Assembly (NCBI GenBank): GCA_019057635.1
Contig: DXJL01000113.1
Coordinates: forward strand, 6,737-70,736
DNA from: Candidatus Heimdallarchaeota archaeon
GTDB taxonomy: Archaea; Asgardarchaeota; Heimdallarchaeia; Hodarchaeales; Hodarchaeaceae
Direction: 5' to 3'
DNA: 64,000 nt
In this document: piece after piece, positions 17,972-27,156 of the stretch
Numbering within the stretch: position 1 is the first letter of the stretch
Layout of the letters: every line of letters begins with the position of its first letter
Translations under genes and position numbers: made by a program
Notes under the pieces: model-generated
Told to the model about the DNA's origin: nothing
The model's database searches: none
The model's input: only the letters and a program-made list of their open reading frames with translations

Positions 17972-19219
17972 CTAATAGAGCTTATTCCTCATTGATTGGG
18001 CCTTTTGATAATAAAAATCGTGCAAAACAGATTCATTTAACTCTTGAACAATTTCCGCTGCTCTTTCATAATAAATCAGAGCAGAGTCATAATTCTCCTT
18101 AGTAGCTTCAAAATCTCCAAATTCCCCATAAGCTATCATTAGATTATATTTGTCCCCCGATTTCTCAAAATATTCAATGGCTTCTGTCAGATAATGGGGT
18201 GCTTGCACATCACTAGAGACATCTCCCAATTTAAGATTTTGGCATAGTACTTTAGCAATGTTAATTTGGGCAATTGCTAAGTTATGCTTATCATTGCGTT
18301 CTTCTGCATGGCCACGCGCAATATCAAAGTTTTTAAGTGAACTATCATAATTAGCTAAACGATAATAGCATTCTCCAATATTCATATACGCATTCACAAC
18401 AGCTTTGTGAAAATTAGCTTTTTGGGCTTTTTCTAATGCGTTCTCAAAGACCGAAACTGCTTCTTGAAAATTATTTTGCTCATATAATATTATTCCCTCG
18501 GTTGACAAGACGTTCTCTTCAAGCATTGGGTCACCTAATTCCTTAGAAATCCGTCTTACGTTTTCTAAGAGTTCCTGTGCCAGAGCAGAATTCTTTGCTT
18601 CAACAGCTTCCTCTAGCTGAGCAAACGCGGCATGAAATTGACCATTCAAATCGGCTAGAATTGTGAAAATTTGTTCTGCCTTTTTAAAATTTGCTTTTGC
18701 CTTTTTTGGATCAGTAGATAAAATTCTTCTGCCTGCGTCAAGCAGTCGCCACGGTTCTTCCCCAATTATATCTGCAATCTTCCTCCACTCTTGCTTAGAG
18801 TTGCCGCAAATCACGCTTTTACTTCGCCATTTTTGTGGAAATTCAAATAATTCATTAACCAAGTCTAAAAGAAGGTTATTATCCCCCCCTGCCTGAGCTG
18901 CTACACTTTTGGGACCAACAGCACGAAGTTTGAGATCTCCCTCTGAAAATTCAAATAATACTCCGAGAGGAACAGATTTCTTCTTGTCTTCTCCCCATTT
19001 TCTGCCAACAATTAATAGAAAATTCTTTGATGGAAAATCAATATCTTCACGACTGACTGTTTTCAGTGCAAGCAACCAGTGATAGTCTGTATCAAAAAAA
19101 CTCGAGATTAACCTACCCTGAAATTCGGGATCCCAATCAACCAGATCCTCAACATCGGCTAATTCGATTACCTCCTCCTGACCAGCCCCTAAAGCAAAAT
19201 GAACTTTCCAAATGACCAT
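17972..19219 (-). CDS. TPR-repeat protein with an uncharacterised N-terminal domain
   Basis: Repeated A-x-x-x-Y/N pattern units fill the C-terminal 250 aa (AYMNIGECYYRLANYDSSLKNF, AIEYFEKSGDKYNLMIAYGEFGDF, ALIYYERAAEI). Confidence 0.6.
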   Translation of the reverse strand: MVIWKVHFALGAGQEEVIELADVEDLVDWDPEFQGRLISSFFDTDYHWLLALKTVSREDIDFPSKNFLLIVGRKWGEDKKKSVPLGVLFEFSEGDLKLRAVGPKSVAAQAGGDNNLLLDLVNELFEFPQKWRSKSVICGNSKQEWRKIADIIGEEPWRLLDAGRRILSTDPKKAKANFKKAEQIFTILADLNGQFHAAFAQLEEAVEAKNSALAQELLENVRRISKELGDPMLEENVLSTEGIILYEQNNFQEAVSVFENALEKAQKANFHKAVVNAYMNIGECYYRLANYDSSLKNFDIARGHAEERNDKHNLAIAQINIAKVLCQNLKLGDVSSDVQAPHYLTEAIEYFEKSGDKYNLMIAYGEFGDFEATKENYDSALIYYERAAEIVQELNESVLHDFYYQKAQSMRNKLY

Positions 19220-19443
19220 TCGTTCTTCACCCTACTTTCTTAGTCACGAGACACAACATCATTATAATTCTTACATTGATCAACTTAAATACAATTCTCA
19301 ATTAATTTGAGGTGCTTTATCAGAATACATTGTGACTACTTGATTATTTTAACCGTTGGATGTATATCTATTGAGCTCTAGTCGGTTTAAAAATTTACGA
19401 AAAATTGATTTCACAGTTTTTTTTCAGGAATACTTCTTCACTT

Positions 19444-20874
19444 TTAGAGCTCAGGATCATCTATAGCTAGCTTGCTGGTTCGATACTTAGGATGATATTT
19501 CTGTAATAGCTTTGGAGGAATTCGTTTTAATTCCTCTTCTGGAAGATCCGATAATAAATCCCAAGCCAGTTCCAGTGTATCAAAAATTTCTCGTGATTCA
19601 TAATACCCTTGACGTAGAAATTCTCTTTCAAAACGATCTGCAAATCGTAAATACTTCTTGTCGGTAGCACTTAAGCTTTCCTCACCAACAACGGCTACTA
19701 AATCCCTTAAGTTTCTTCCAAGGGAATATCCCGCAAACATTTGATCTGCAACTGGCTTATGACACACATGAGTCCGTCCTCTTCCGATTCCTTCACGCAT
19801 CAATCGACTCAGACTGGGCATTGGATCAATAGGAGGATATATTCCTCTTCGATTTAAATCTCGATCCACAATTAGTTGGCCTTCTGTAATATACCCAGAA
19901 AGATCAGGAATTGGATGTGTTATATCATCAGAGGGCATAGAAAGGATAGGGAGCTGTGTAATCGTTCCTGAATGACCTTTTATTCTTCCTGCTCGCTCGT
20001 AAATTGTAGCAAGATCGGTGTACAGATACCCTGGATATCCACGACGGCCAGGAACTTCTTCACGTGCAGCTGAGATCTCACGTAAAGCCTCAGCATAGTT
20101 TGTCATGTCAGTTAGTATAACTAAACAATGGTAATCGTATTCAAAAGCTAGATACTCAGCTACTGAGAGTGCAATCCGCGGAGTGATCAACCTTTCTGCT
20201 GCTGGGGAATCGGCTAGATTTAGGAAAAGTATTACTCGTTCAAGAGCACCAGTTTTCTCAAAGTCGTCTCTAAAAAATCGTGCTTCTTCAGTAGTGATAC
20301 CCATTGCTGCAAAAATGACCGCAAACTCTTCATCCTTCCCTAAAACAGTTGACTGACGTGCAATTTGTGCAGCGATATTATTATGAGGTAATCCACTACC
20401 GGAGAAAATTGGCAACTTCTGACCTCTAATTAATGTGTTTAAACCATCAATGGAAGATATTCCTGTCTGAATAAATTCTCTAGGATACTCACGAGAGTAA
20501 GGATTGATGGGGGCGCCTGTAATATCTAATCGTTCTTCCGCGAAAATCTGTGGTCCAGCATCGATAGCTTTTCCACTCCCAGAAAAAATTCGACCAAGCA
20601 TGTCTTGCGATACTGCAATTTTAATCGTTTCACCCAGAAACCTAACGGAAGTTTTTCGAGTATCGAGACCTTGGGTCCCTTCAAAAACTTGCACAACTGC
20701 AATGTCTTCTGCGGCTTCTAGAACTTGACCAGTTCTTTTTTCTCCATCTGGAGTGAGAACATGCACTATTTCACCATAGGCAACTCCTTTAATGTTCTTA
20801 ACGAATAATAAAGGACCAGCTATTGAAGATACTGTGGAATATGTGATGACCGAGGAGGGAGATTCTTCAATCAT
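19444..20874 (-). CDS. atpB: A/V-type ATPase subunit B (non-catalytic regulatory subunit) homologue, not adjacent to other atp genes
   Basis: [20 protein letters not shown], the B-subunit signature in place of a P-loop, is present along with extensive V/A-ATPase B-like sequence. The gene is flanked by a TPR gene and glyS rather than atpA and atpD. Confidence 0.75.
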   Translation of the reverse strand: MIEESPSSVITYSTVSSIAGPLLFVKNIKGVAYGEIVHVLTPDGEKRTGQVLEAAEDIAVVQVFEGTQGLDTRKTSVRFLGETIKIAVSQDMLGRIFSGSGKAIDAGPQIFAEERLDITGAPINPYSREYPREFIQTGISSIDGLNTLIRGQKLPIFSGSGLPHNNIAAQIARQSTVLGKDEEFAVIFAAMGITTEEARFFRDDFEKTGALERVILFLNLADSPAAERLITPRIALSVAEYLAFEYDYHCLVILTDMTNYAEALREISAAREEVPGRRGYPGYLYTDLATIYERAGRIKGHSGTITQLPILSMPSDDITHPIPDLSGYITEGQLIVDRDLNRRGIYPPIDPMPSLSRLMREGIGRGRTHVCHKPVADQMFAGYSLGRNLRDLVAVVGEESLSATDKKYLRFADRFEREFLRQGYYESREIFDTLELAWDLLSDLPEEELKRIPPKLLQKYHPKYRTSKLAIDDPEL

Positions 20875-20921
20875 AATCTATACACTTCGTTTCTGTTCTT
20901 ATCGTCTGAAATAGTAGTTGA

Positions 20922-22493
20922 TTAAATCATTTTTGCTGCTAAATAATTATTACGTAAATTCTTTAGCTCCTCAACTAGCTTCTCAATCGGAATTCTTGTT
21001 TGTTGCATACTATCCCTGTCCCTGATAGTAATATTTTCATCCTCAAGAGTATCAAAATCGACGGTAACGCAAAAAGGAGTCCCAATTTCATCATGTCTAC
21101 GATACCTTTTACCAATTGATCCACCATCATCAAAATTAACCGTAAATCCTTGTGTCCTTAAGAATTTAAATATATCTTGTGCTTTTGCAAGAATTTGGGG
21201 CTTTCTCTGTAATGGAAAAACTGCTACATCGTAGGGGGCCAGGCTTGGGTGAATTTTCAATACCACCCGTTTTCTGTCATTAACGGTTTCCTCTTGATAT
21301 CCATCAGCAAGAATCGTTAATAAAATACGCCCAAGACCAACAGAGGGTTCTGCAACGACATATGGTACATAACGTTTTACACCTGTCTCATCAGTCTCAC
21401 TAAAATGAAGTTTTGTTTTAGAATGTATTTGATGTTGCTCTAAATCATATTGAGTTCTATTTGCACAACCCATTAATTCTTTCCAGCCAAATTTATATTG
21501 ATACTCAATATCCCAAGTATCTAAAGCGTAATGACTCAATTCTGATTCTAGATGTTGTCTGAATCGTAATTTATTACCGTTTATACCCATTTTATCCGTA
21601 AACCAGTTATTAAAAGTCGCTAACCAGTATGCTTGCCATTTATTTTTGAAAATTTGATCATCCCAAGCTTTTTGAATGCTCATTGGTACAAAATCGTCTG
21701 AGATTTTGTCCGTCTGTTCTTTTCTTGAATAAATATTCACTTGTGTTTCATTCACATCCTCAAAAACGGGACAATCGTTGGTCTTCTGGGGATCTGTAAA
21801 ATATTCAAACTCCATTAATTCATATTCACGTACTCGGAATAAAAAATTACGGGGAGAAATTTCATTTCTAAAAACTATGCCAGATTGGGCAATACCAAAA
21901 GGTATTTTTACACGTGTAGAATCAATTACATTTCTGAATCCAGAAAAGATTAACTGAGCATTCTCAGGTCGAAGATAAACAGTTGATGCTGAATCCTGAA
22001 TTGGACCCACCTGTGTCTTGAACATTAAATTGAAAGTTATTGGTTTTCCCAACTTACCTCCACATTCTGGACAGATTAATCCCTCTTTTAGAACGAGTTC
22101 CCTCATTCCTTCGAGATCTAGATGCTCAGACTGTATGTGTAATTGATCTTCAACTAAATGATCAAGTCTATGTTTTTTCTTACATTTACCTTCGCAAAAA
22201 ATTAAGGGGTCCGTGAAACTTGACAGGTGTCCAGAAGCTTCCCAAACTTTTGGATGAGTAATGATGGCACCCTCATATCCGACAATGTCATCACGGTTTC
22301 TAACGAACTCAGTCCACCATGCATCCTTAATCCGATTTTTGATCTCCACACCTATAGGCCCAAAATCCCAGAATCCGGCCAGACCCCCGTAAATGTCACC
22401 TGTACGATAAGCGATACCAGTTTTATTCGCAAACGCCATTATTTTTTCTAGAAACTGTTTTAAATCCTCATCTAGTTCCATTTTCTTTACCAA
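20922..22493 (-). CDS. glyS: Glycyl-tRNA synthetase, archaeal/eukaryotic alpha2 type
   Basis: YGGLAGFWDFGPIGVEIKNRIKDAWW and the class II motifs are present. The 523-aa length fits. Confidence 0.9.
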   Translation of the reverse strand: MVKKMELDEDLKQFLEKIMAFANKTGIAYRTGDIYGGLAGFWDFGPIGVEIKNRIKDAWWTEFVRNRDDIVGYEGAIITHPKVWEASGHLSSFTDPLIFCEGKCKKKHRLDHLVEDQLHIQSEHLDLEGMRELVLKEGLICPECGGKLGKPITFNLMFKTQVGPIQDSASTVYLRPENAQLIFSGFRNVIDSTRVKIPFGIAQSGIVFRNEISPRNFLFRVREYELMEFEYFTDPQKTNDCPVFEDVNETQVNIYSRKEQTDKISDDFVPMSIQKAWDDQIFKNKWQAYWLATFNNWFTDKMGINGNKLRFRQHLESELSHYALDTWDIEYQYKFGWKELMGCANRTQYDLEQHQIHSKTKLHFSETDETGVKRYVPYVVAEPSVGLGRILLTILADGYQEETVNDRKRVVLKIHPSLAPYDVAVFPLQRKPQILAKAQDIFKFLRTQGFTVNFDDGGSIGKRYRRHDEIGTPFCVTVDFDTLEDENITIRDRDSMQQTRIPIEKLVEELKNLRNNYLAAKMI

Positions 22494-22720
22494 ACTTAAT
22501 TCATTTACAGATTACTTATTTTAAGGGAAATTAATACAGATTTTCTCATTGAATATTTACGATACCTGTTTAAACATTTGTTAAAGCGATAATAGCCCAT
22601 TACACCACTTAGGAAGCAATTTCCTTTAGTAATTTAAAAATATCTTCTGCAAGATCAAGAATCGAGACAAAACTGCTTAGAAGTTTCAAATTGATTACTA
22701 CAAAAATATCCAGGATATAC

Positions 22721-23575
22721 TTAGTTGGTGACTTTTTCCCAGTAAGGGACCTTACCTGCGACAAATTCTCGCATTATAACCTTAGCAGCTTCAATATAAT
22801 TCAATTTTCCACCCTTAAGTATTAATCCCCTTCTTTTAGCAATATGATCTAGTATCTCTTGATTACTTTCTTCTCGTGAAGGGATATCATACTTCTCTAT
22901 AAATCCCTTAAAGTAATGCAGTCTTATTCGATCAAGAAAAAAATTAACAGTATCAATCGGATCTGGTAATTTCCCAATTTCATAAGCTCCCAGAAAAGCT
23001 TGCAGATTGATATCAGGAATATCGAATGGTACCACTCCTGGAGAGTCATAAATCAAGATTCTGTTCGAAATTCGGACTATTTGCTTATGACGTGTCACAC
23101 CTGGTTTTTGACCTGTTGGTGCAACATGTTTTCCTCGCAAAATGTTTAATAAACTACTTTTCCCCGTATTTGGAATACCTACCAAAGAAATAACGGTTTC
23201 TCTTTTCGGAGATAACCGTGAAATTTGTTGTCTTAACTTTTTGGTCCCTAACCTATTTTGAGCTGAGATGTATACTGTAGGAAATTCTTTATTCAGAATT
23301 TGTTTGTTATTTTCACAGATATTTCTTGGAACAAGATCACACTTATTGAGTACAATTATCAAGGAGCATCCTAAAGTTGATATATGTTTTTCAATAGAGG
23401 AAACTCTAGTTAGATGGGGGAATCTTCCATCTACAACTTCTAAAATAACATCACTTGTCCTTATAAGCTCGAATACCCAGCGATTTTCTTTTCTACGTCT
23501 CATGAATCTAAGACTCATTTCTTTTGTGTCATTTAGATAAGTAACGAAGAAATATGTTTGACTTTTTATGTTCAC
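22721..23575 (-). CDS. Circularly permuted ribosome-biogenesis GTPase (YlqF/RbgA/Nug-family)
   Basis: The order is G4 NKCDL, then G1 GIPNTGKSSL, then G3 DSPG, which is the cpGTPase arrangement. Confidence 0.75.
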   Translation of the reverse strand: MNIKSQTYFFVTYLNDTKEMSLRFMRRRKENRWVFELIRTSDVILEVVDGRFPHLTRVSSIEKHISTLGCSLIIVLNKCDLVPRNICENNKQILNKEFPTVYISAQNRLGTKKLRQQISRLSPKRETVISLVGIPNTGKSSLLNILRGKHVAPTGQKPGVTRHKQIVRISNRILIYDSPGVVPFDIPDINLQAFLGAYEIGKLPDPIDTVNFFLDRIRLHYFKGFIEKYDIPSREESNQEILDHIAKRRGLILKGGKLNYIEAAKVIMREFVAGKVPYWEKVTN

Positions 23576-23850
23576 GTCAGACTTGTAAGGAGATGATTAC
23601 CTTTAAATTCGACGTTATTACCTGTAATCCTAGACACACTTAAGCAAAGCATATAATTTATCAAATAAATCCATTACCTATTTCAATTCAGTATTCCAAT
23701 TTCAAAATTTTCACCATTCCAAAAAAAAAATAATTCATATAATAACAAAAAAATACTCATGTCAAAAGCAATATCATCAGAAGGAATAGGGCAAAAAACA
23801 TTACTAGAATCATCTTTTGTTCGAAAGATCCTTTTTCTAGTAACTAAATC

Positions 23851-24312
23851 TTGATACAAAACATAAATCTCCCTATTTCGAGGAAAGTATTGATCTTGAC
23901 AGCTGAAAAAGACTACCTTGCTAGCTTAAAACGTGCACGGGAGAACCTGCCCGCTCACGTGTTTGAAAAGTCTCGTTTTGAAATTCCACAGGGTGATATC
24001 TTTCAAGAAGGAAATAGAACGTGGATCACTGATTGGAATCGAATCCTCAAAATTTTAAATCGTGAAAATGATGCTGATCACCTATCAAAACATTTAGCAG
24101 GAGAATTCGCAACCTCTGCGACCGAGGAACGAGGCCGTTTATTTCTGCAAGGCAAATTTTCAAGAACAATGGTCAATCGCGAGTTAGCAGCGTACGTCAA
24201 AGAATTCGTCCTGTGTGAAGAATGTGGAAAACCAGATACAAAACTCGTCCGAGAAGGAAGAATTCTGATAAAAGTTTGTGAAGCTTGTGGTGCCCGTGGA
24301 GCGGTCAAGTAA
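23851..24312 (+). CDS. eif2b: Translation initiation factor 2 beta subunit (aIF2-beta)
   Basis: The C-terminal zinc ribbon VLCEECGKPDTKL...CEACGA is typical of the eIF2-beta/eIF5 family. Confidence 0.8.
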   Translation: MIQNINLPISRKVLILTAEKDYLASLKRARENLPAHVFEKSRFEIPQGDIFQEGNRTWITDWNRILKILNRENDADHLSKHLAGEFATSATEERGRLFLQGKFSRTMVNRELAAYVKEFVLCEECGKPDTKLVREGRILIKVCEACGARGAVK

Positions 24313-24328
24313 ACACAGTTCTGAACGA

Positions 24329-24640
24329 GTGTTTTTTAAAATTCACCGTAGGGATAGAACTGAAATTCTTGCTATCTGTGATGAAGCCCTCCTGGGAAAA
24401 GAGCTGACCAATAACACTACTAGAATGAAAGTTCCAATTGGCTTTTATAAGGGTAGAGATATCTCTCAATCAGATGCCTTAGACTTAATGCGAAGATATG
24501 CAAATATTAATGCTTTAGGATCTGTTCTTGATTTAGGTATAAAAAACGAAATCATAAACGAAGAAGCAGTGATATGGTTTAACTCCGATGATGGTAGAAG
24601 AATTCCACATTTACTTATTTTCTCATTTCCTCCTATTTAA
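24329..24640 (+). CDS. DUF424-family archaeal protein. The track ORF 24278-24640 overlaps eif2b, so a GTG start near 24329 is more likely.
   Basis: ILAICDEALLGKELT...FYKGRDISQSDALDLMRRYANINALGSV matches the DUF424 pattern (NICDE-LLGK...EA-EL...NAVG). No ATG lies downstream of the eif2b stop. Confidence 0.45.
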   Translation: MFFKIHRRDRTEILAICDEALLGKELTNNTTRMKVPIGFYKGRDISQSDALDLMRRYANINALGSVLDLGIKNEIINEEAVIWFNSDDGRRIPHLLIFSFPPI

Positions 24641-24648
24641 TTGTTTCA

Positions 24649-25752
24649 GTGATGTTTATGTCTCCACAATGCATTGCGTGTGGGGAGAATGAAGAATTCT
24701 TCCAGCATTTGTGTCAATCATGTTATTTGGAATCCAATCCAATCTTGAAAAAAAAGAAGGATTTGGAATTTGTAGTATGTATGACTTGTGGTTTGCTTGC
24801 GTCCAAAGGCCATTGGACCAAATTTTTCATGAATGACTTGAATTCATCAAAAATCTATCCGAAACTAGCGAATTTCGTGAATCAAGAATGGAAATTCCAT
24901 TATCGTCCAAGTAAAATTGAAGTAAACCATACTGAGCGGATATATAATGAAGATGATGAATTAATTTCTGTTCACGGGATGGTTGTTATTTCTGCTAGCC
25001 CTGATCCTTTTGTTCCTTTAACAACTATTCAAGAAGATTTTGTTATTAATATTAATTGGGGGGATTGTTCTGATTGCCAAACACGCTCAAGTGGTTTATA
25101 TATTTCTAAGATACAAGTAAGGTCTCAGAATGAAACTACATCAGAAGAATTAGATAATTGGGGTAGTGAAATAGATAAAATAAGTAAAGAATTCCCCCTT
25201 TCGGATGGTAAAAATCCCCTTTTCAGATTAATTCAAATTAAAAATGGTCTTGATGCTCTTTTCCGTTCTAAATCAGCGGCTCATTCTGTGGGGAGAATTT
25301 TCGCTAGAGATAAAGGTGGCCTTATTCAAGTAACGACTGAATTTGCTGGTTTTGATAAATCTAAATCTAAGGAATACCCGAGGAAACAGGTTGTATCGGT
25401 TGCATTACCCAAGTATCGAGAAGGAGATTACATTCTAATCGATAAACATGTATTCAAAATAGATGGATATTCAAATTTCAAAATAGCTTGCTTAGATGTC
25501 ATGAATAAAACTCTAAGAAGAATGTCTATAAAATTATTCGATGAACTAAATCCAAAATCGCTAGATATGGATTTTGAGGAATATCAGATAATTCACTTTG
25601 AAACAGCAGAAAATTTAGCTGAAATAATGAATTTATCGAGCTATGACACTCAATTTGTCGATTCGACTGAACTACAGACCTTCTCAGAAGGAGATACCTT
25701 TTGGGGAATAGTTTATGAAGGAAGAATTATACTGAAAAATCATTCCGATTAG
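24649..25752 (+). CDS. NMD3-family protein (homologue of the 60S subunit export/biogenesis factor)
   Basis: N-terminal CxxC pairs (CIACG...CQSCY...CMTCG) are followed by an OB-like region. The 367-aa size is typical of archaeal Nmd3. Confidence 0.6.
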   Translation: MMFMSPQCIACGENEEFFQHLCQSCYLESNPILKKKKDLEFVVCMTCGLLASKGHWTKFFMNDLNSSKIYPKLANFVNQEWKFHYRPSKIEVNHTERIYNEDDELISVHGMVVISASPDPFVPLTTIQEDFVININWGDCSDCQTRSSGLYISKIQVRSQNETTSEELDNWGSEIDKISKEFPLSDGKNPLFRLIQIKNGLDALFRSKSAAHSVGRIFARDKGGLIQVTTEFAGFDKSKSKEYPRKQVVSVALPKYREGDYILIDKHVFKIDGYSNFKIACLDVMNKTLRRMSIKLFDELNPKSLDMDFEEYQIIHFETAENLAEIMNLSSYDTQFVDSTELQTFSEGDTFWGIVYEGRIILKNHSD

Positions 25753-25773
25753 AAAAGTGGTGGGATTCAGGCA

Positions 25774-27156
25774 TTGAAATTTGATGAGAATCTGAAACAA
25801 TACATCAATAGTATTCAGGTTGCTTCAAAGATTATCTCGTTTTATGAGAAGAAGCAAGTATCGTTAAGAAATGCAATGAAGATGTATCCAAAATTCTCGA
25901 GTGATGAGGACCGCTACTCGTATTCCCAAGTACATGCATTAGTCTTTGAAACTGTTCGTTTTCAAAATATTGCGAATCGGATAATTCACCAGCAGATACA
26001 AAATCAATTCGCACAGAAGATCCCAGTAAAAGTGAGAAATATTCTGAGAATTGTCATCTACCTTGTTGTCTTAGCACCAGAAAGTCCACAAAATCAATAC
26101 TGGGATCTTTCTTGTCAAGATTTATTAAAATCACTTGATTTACAATTTTCAAAACACATTTTCTCTGATTTAAGTAATTATTTAAACAAGTGGAAGTTGG
26201 AAATCCTTCTTGACACAATCAATGATAAAGAGGAGAAACTTGGTGTACAGTTCGCCCATCCGACTTGGTTAGTTCGTGATCTACTTAACTTCTATGGATT
26301 AGAACTGACTAAAAAAATTTTGGTGGCAAATAATAAGACATTACCAGTGTATTTGAGATTGAATCTGTTGAAATTTGAGAGAAGTACGATTATTACTCAA
26401 TTATCAAATGAAGGAGTTTCTATCGAACCAGATCCTATTCTGAATGATGTTGTGAAGGTTAAATCAACAGAAATCCCCCTACCTCGCCTACCATCCTTTA
26501 AAAACGACTTATATTATATGCAAACAAAAGGTTCTTCTTTAATATCTCATATTCTAGACCCGAAAAAAGGAGAAAAGATACTTGATGCATGTGCCGCTCC
26601 AGGAGGAAAAACTACACACTTAGCCACTCTTCAAGGTGATTTAGGATTCATAGTTGCGACGGACAATCATCACCGAAGAATGCAAGAGTTAGTAAGAAAA
26701 ATTAATGTTTACAATCTGAAAAGCATTCATCCAGTGCTATTTGATATGAGAATAGACCGAGTCTTTCGAAACACTTTCGATAAAATTCTTCTCGATGCAC
26801 CATGTTCAGGTTCTGGCACATTTTCTTCTCGCCCAGATGCAAAATGGAGAATAGATAGGCATCAAGTCAAATGGCTAAGTAATCTACAGTATTCTCTTTT
26901 GAATAATGTTTCAAAAATGTTAACCAAAAATCAATCTTCATACTTAATTTATTCCACATGTTCCCTCCTTCCGATGGAAAATGAAGATGTGATTGAGCAG
27001 TTCTTAACGACATGTCCTCAATTTGAATTAAAAACACAAAATTTGACCATTGGAACCCCAAGTCCGAAATTCCCACTTGCACAACGGTTATTCCCACATA
27101 TTAATGAAACTGAAGGATTTTCAATCTTTAAAATTGGTTATAAAGAATTTAACTGA
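25774..27156 (+). CDS. NOL1/NOP2/Sun-family RNA (cytosine-C5) methyltransferase
   Basis: The SAM motif LDACAAPGGKTTHLA, the catalytic DAPCSGSG, a second Cys in TCSLLPMENE, and an N-terminal NusB-like region are present. Confidence 0.85.
   Translation: MKFDENLKQYINSIQVASKIISFYEKKQVSLRNAMKMYPKFSSDEDRYSYSQVHALVFETVRFQNIANRIIHQQIQNQFAQKIPVKVRNILRIVIYLVVLAPESPQNQYWDLSCQDLLKSLDLQFSKHIFSDLSNYLNKWKLEILLDTINDKEEKLGVQFAHPTWLVRDLLNFYGLELTKKILVANNKTLPVYLRLNLLKFERSTIITQLSNEGVSIEPDPILNDVVKVKSTEIPLPRLPSFKNDLYYMQTKGSSLISHILDPKKGEKILDACAAPGGKTTHLATLQGDLGFIVATDNHHRRMQELVRKINVYNLKSIHPVLFDMRIDRVFRNTFDKILLDAPCSGSGTFSSRPDAKWRIDRHQVKWLSNLQYSLLNNVSKMLTKNQSSYLIYSTCSLLPMENEDVIEQFLTTCPQFELKTQNLTIGTPSPKFPLAQRLFPHINETEGFSIFKIGYKEFN

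Noticed and set aside
24278-24328. The ATG start of the DUF424 ORF overlapping the end of eif2b by 35 bp
   Set aside because: The homologous region begins around VFFKIH. A GTG start near 24329 after the eif2b stop is more plausible than a long overlap. The coordinates were adjusted, with uncertainty.
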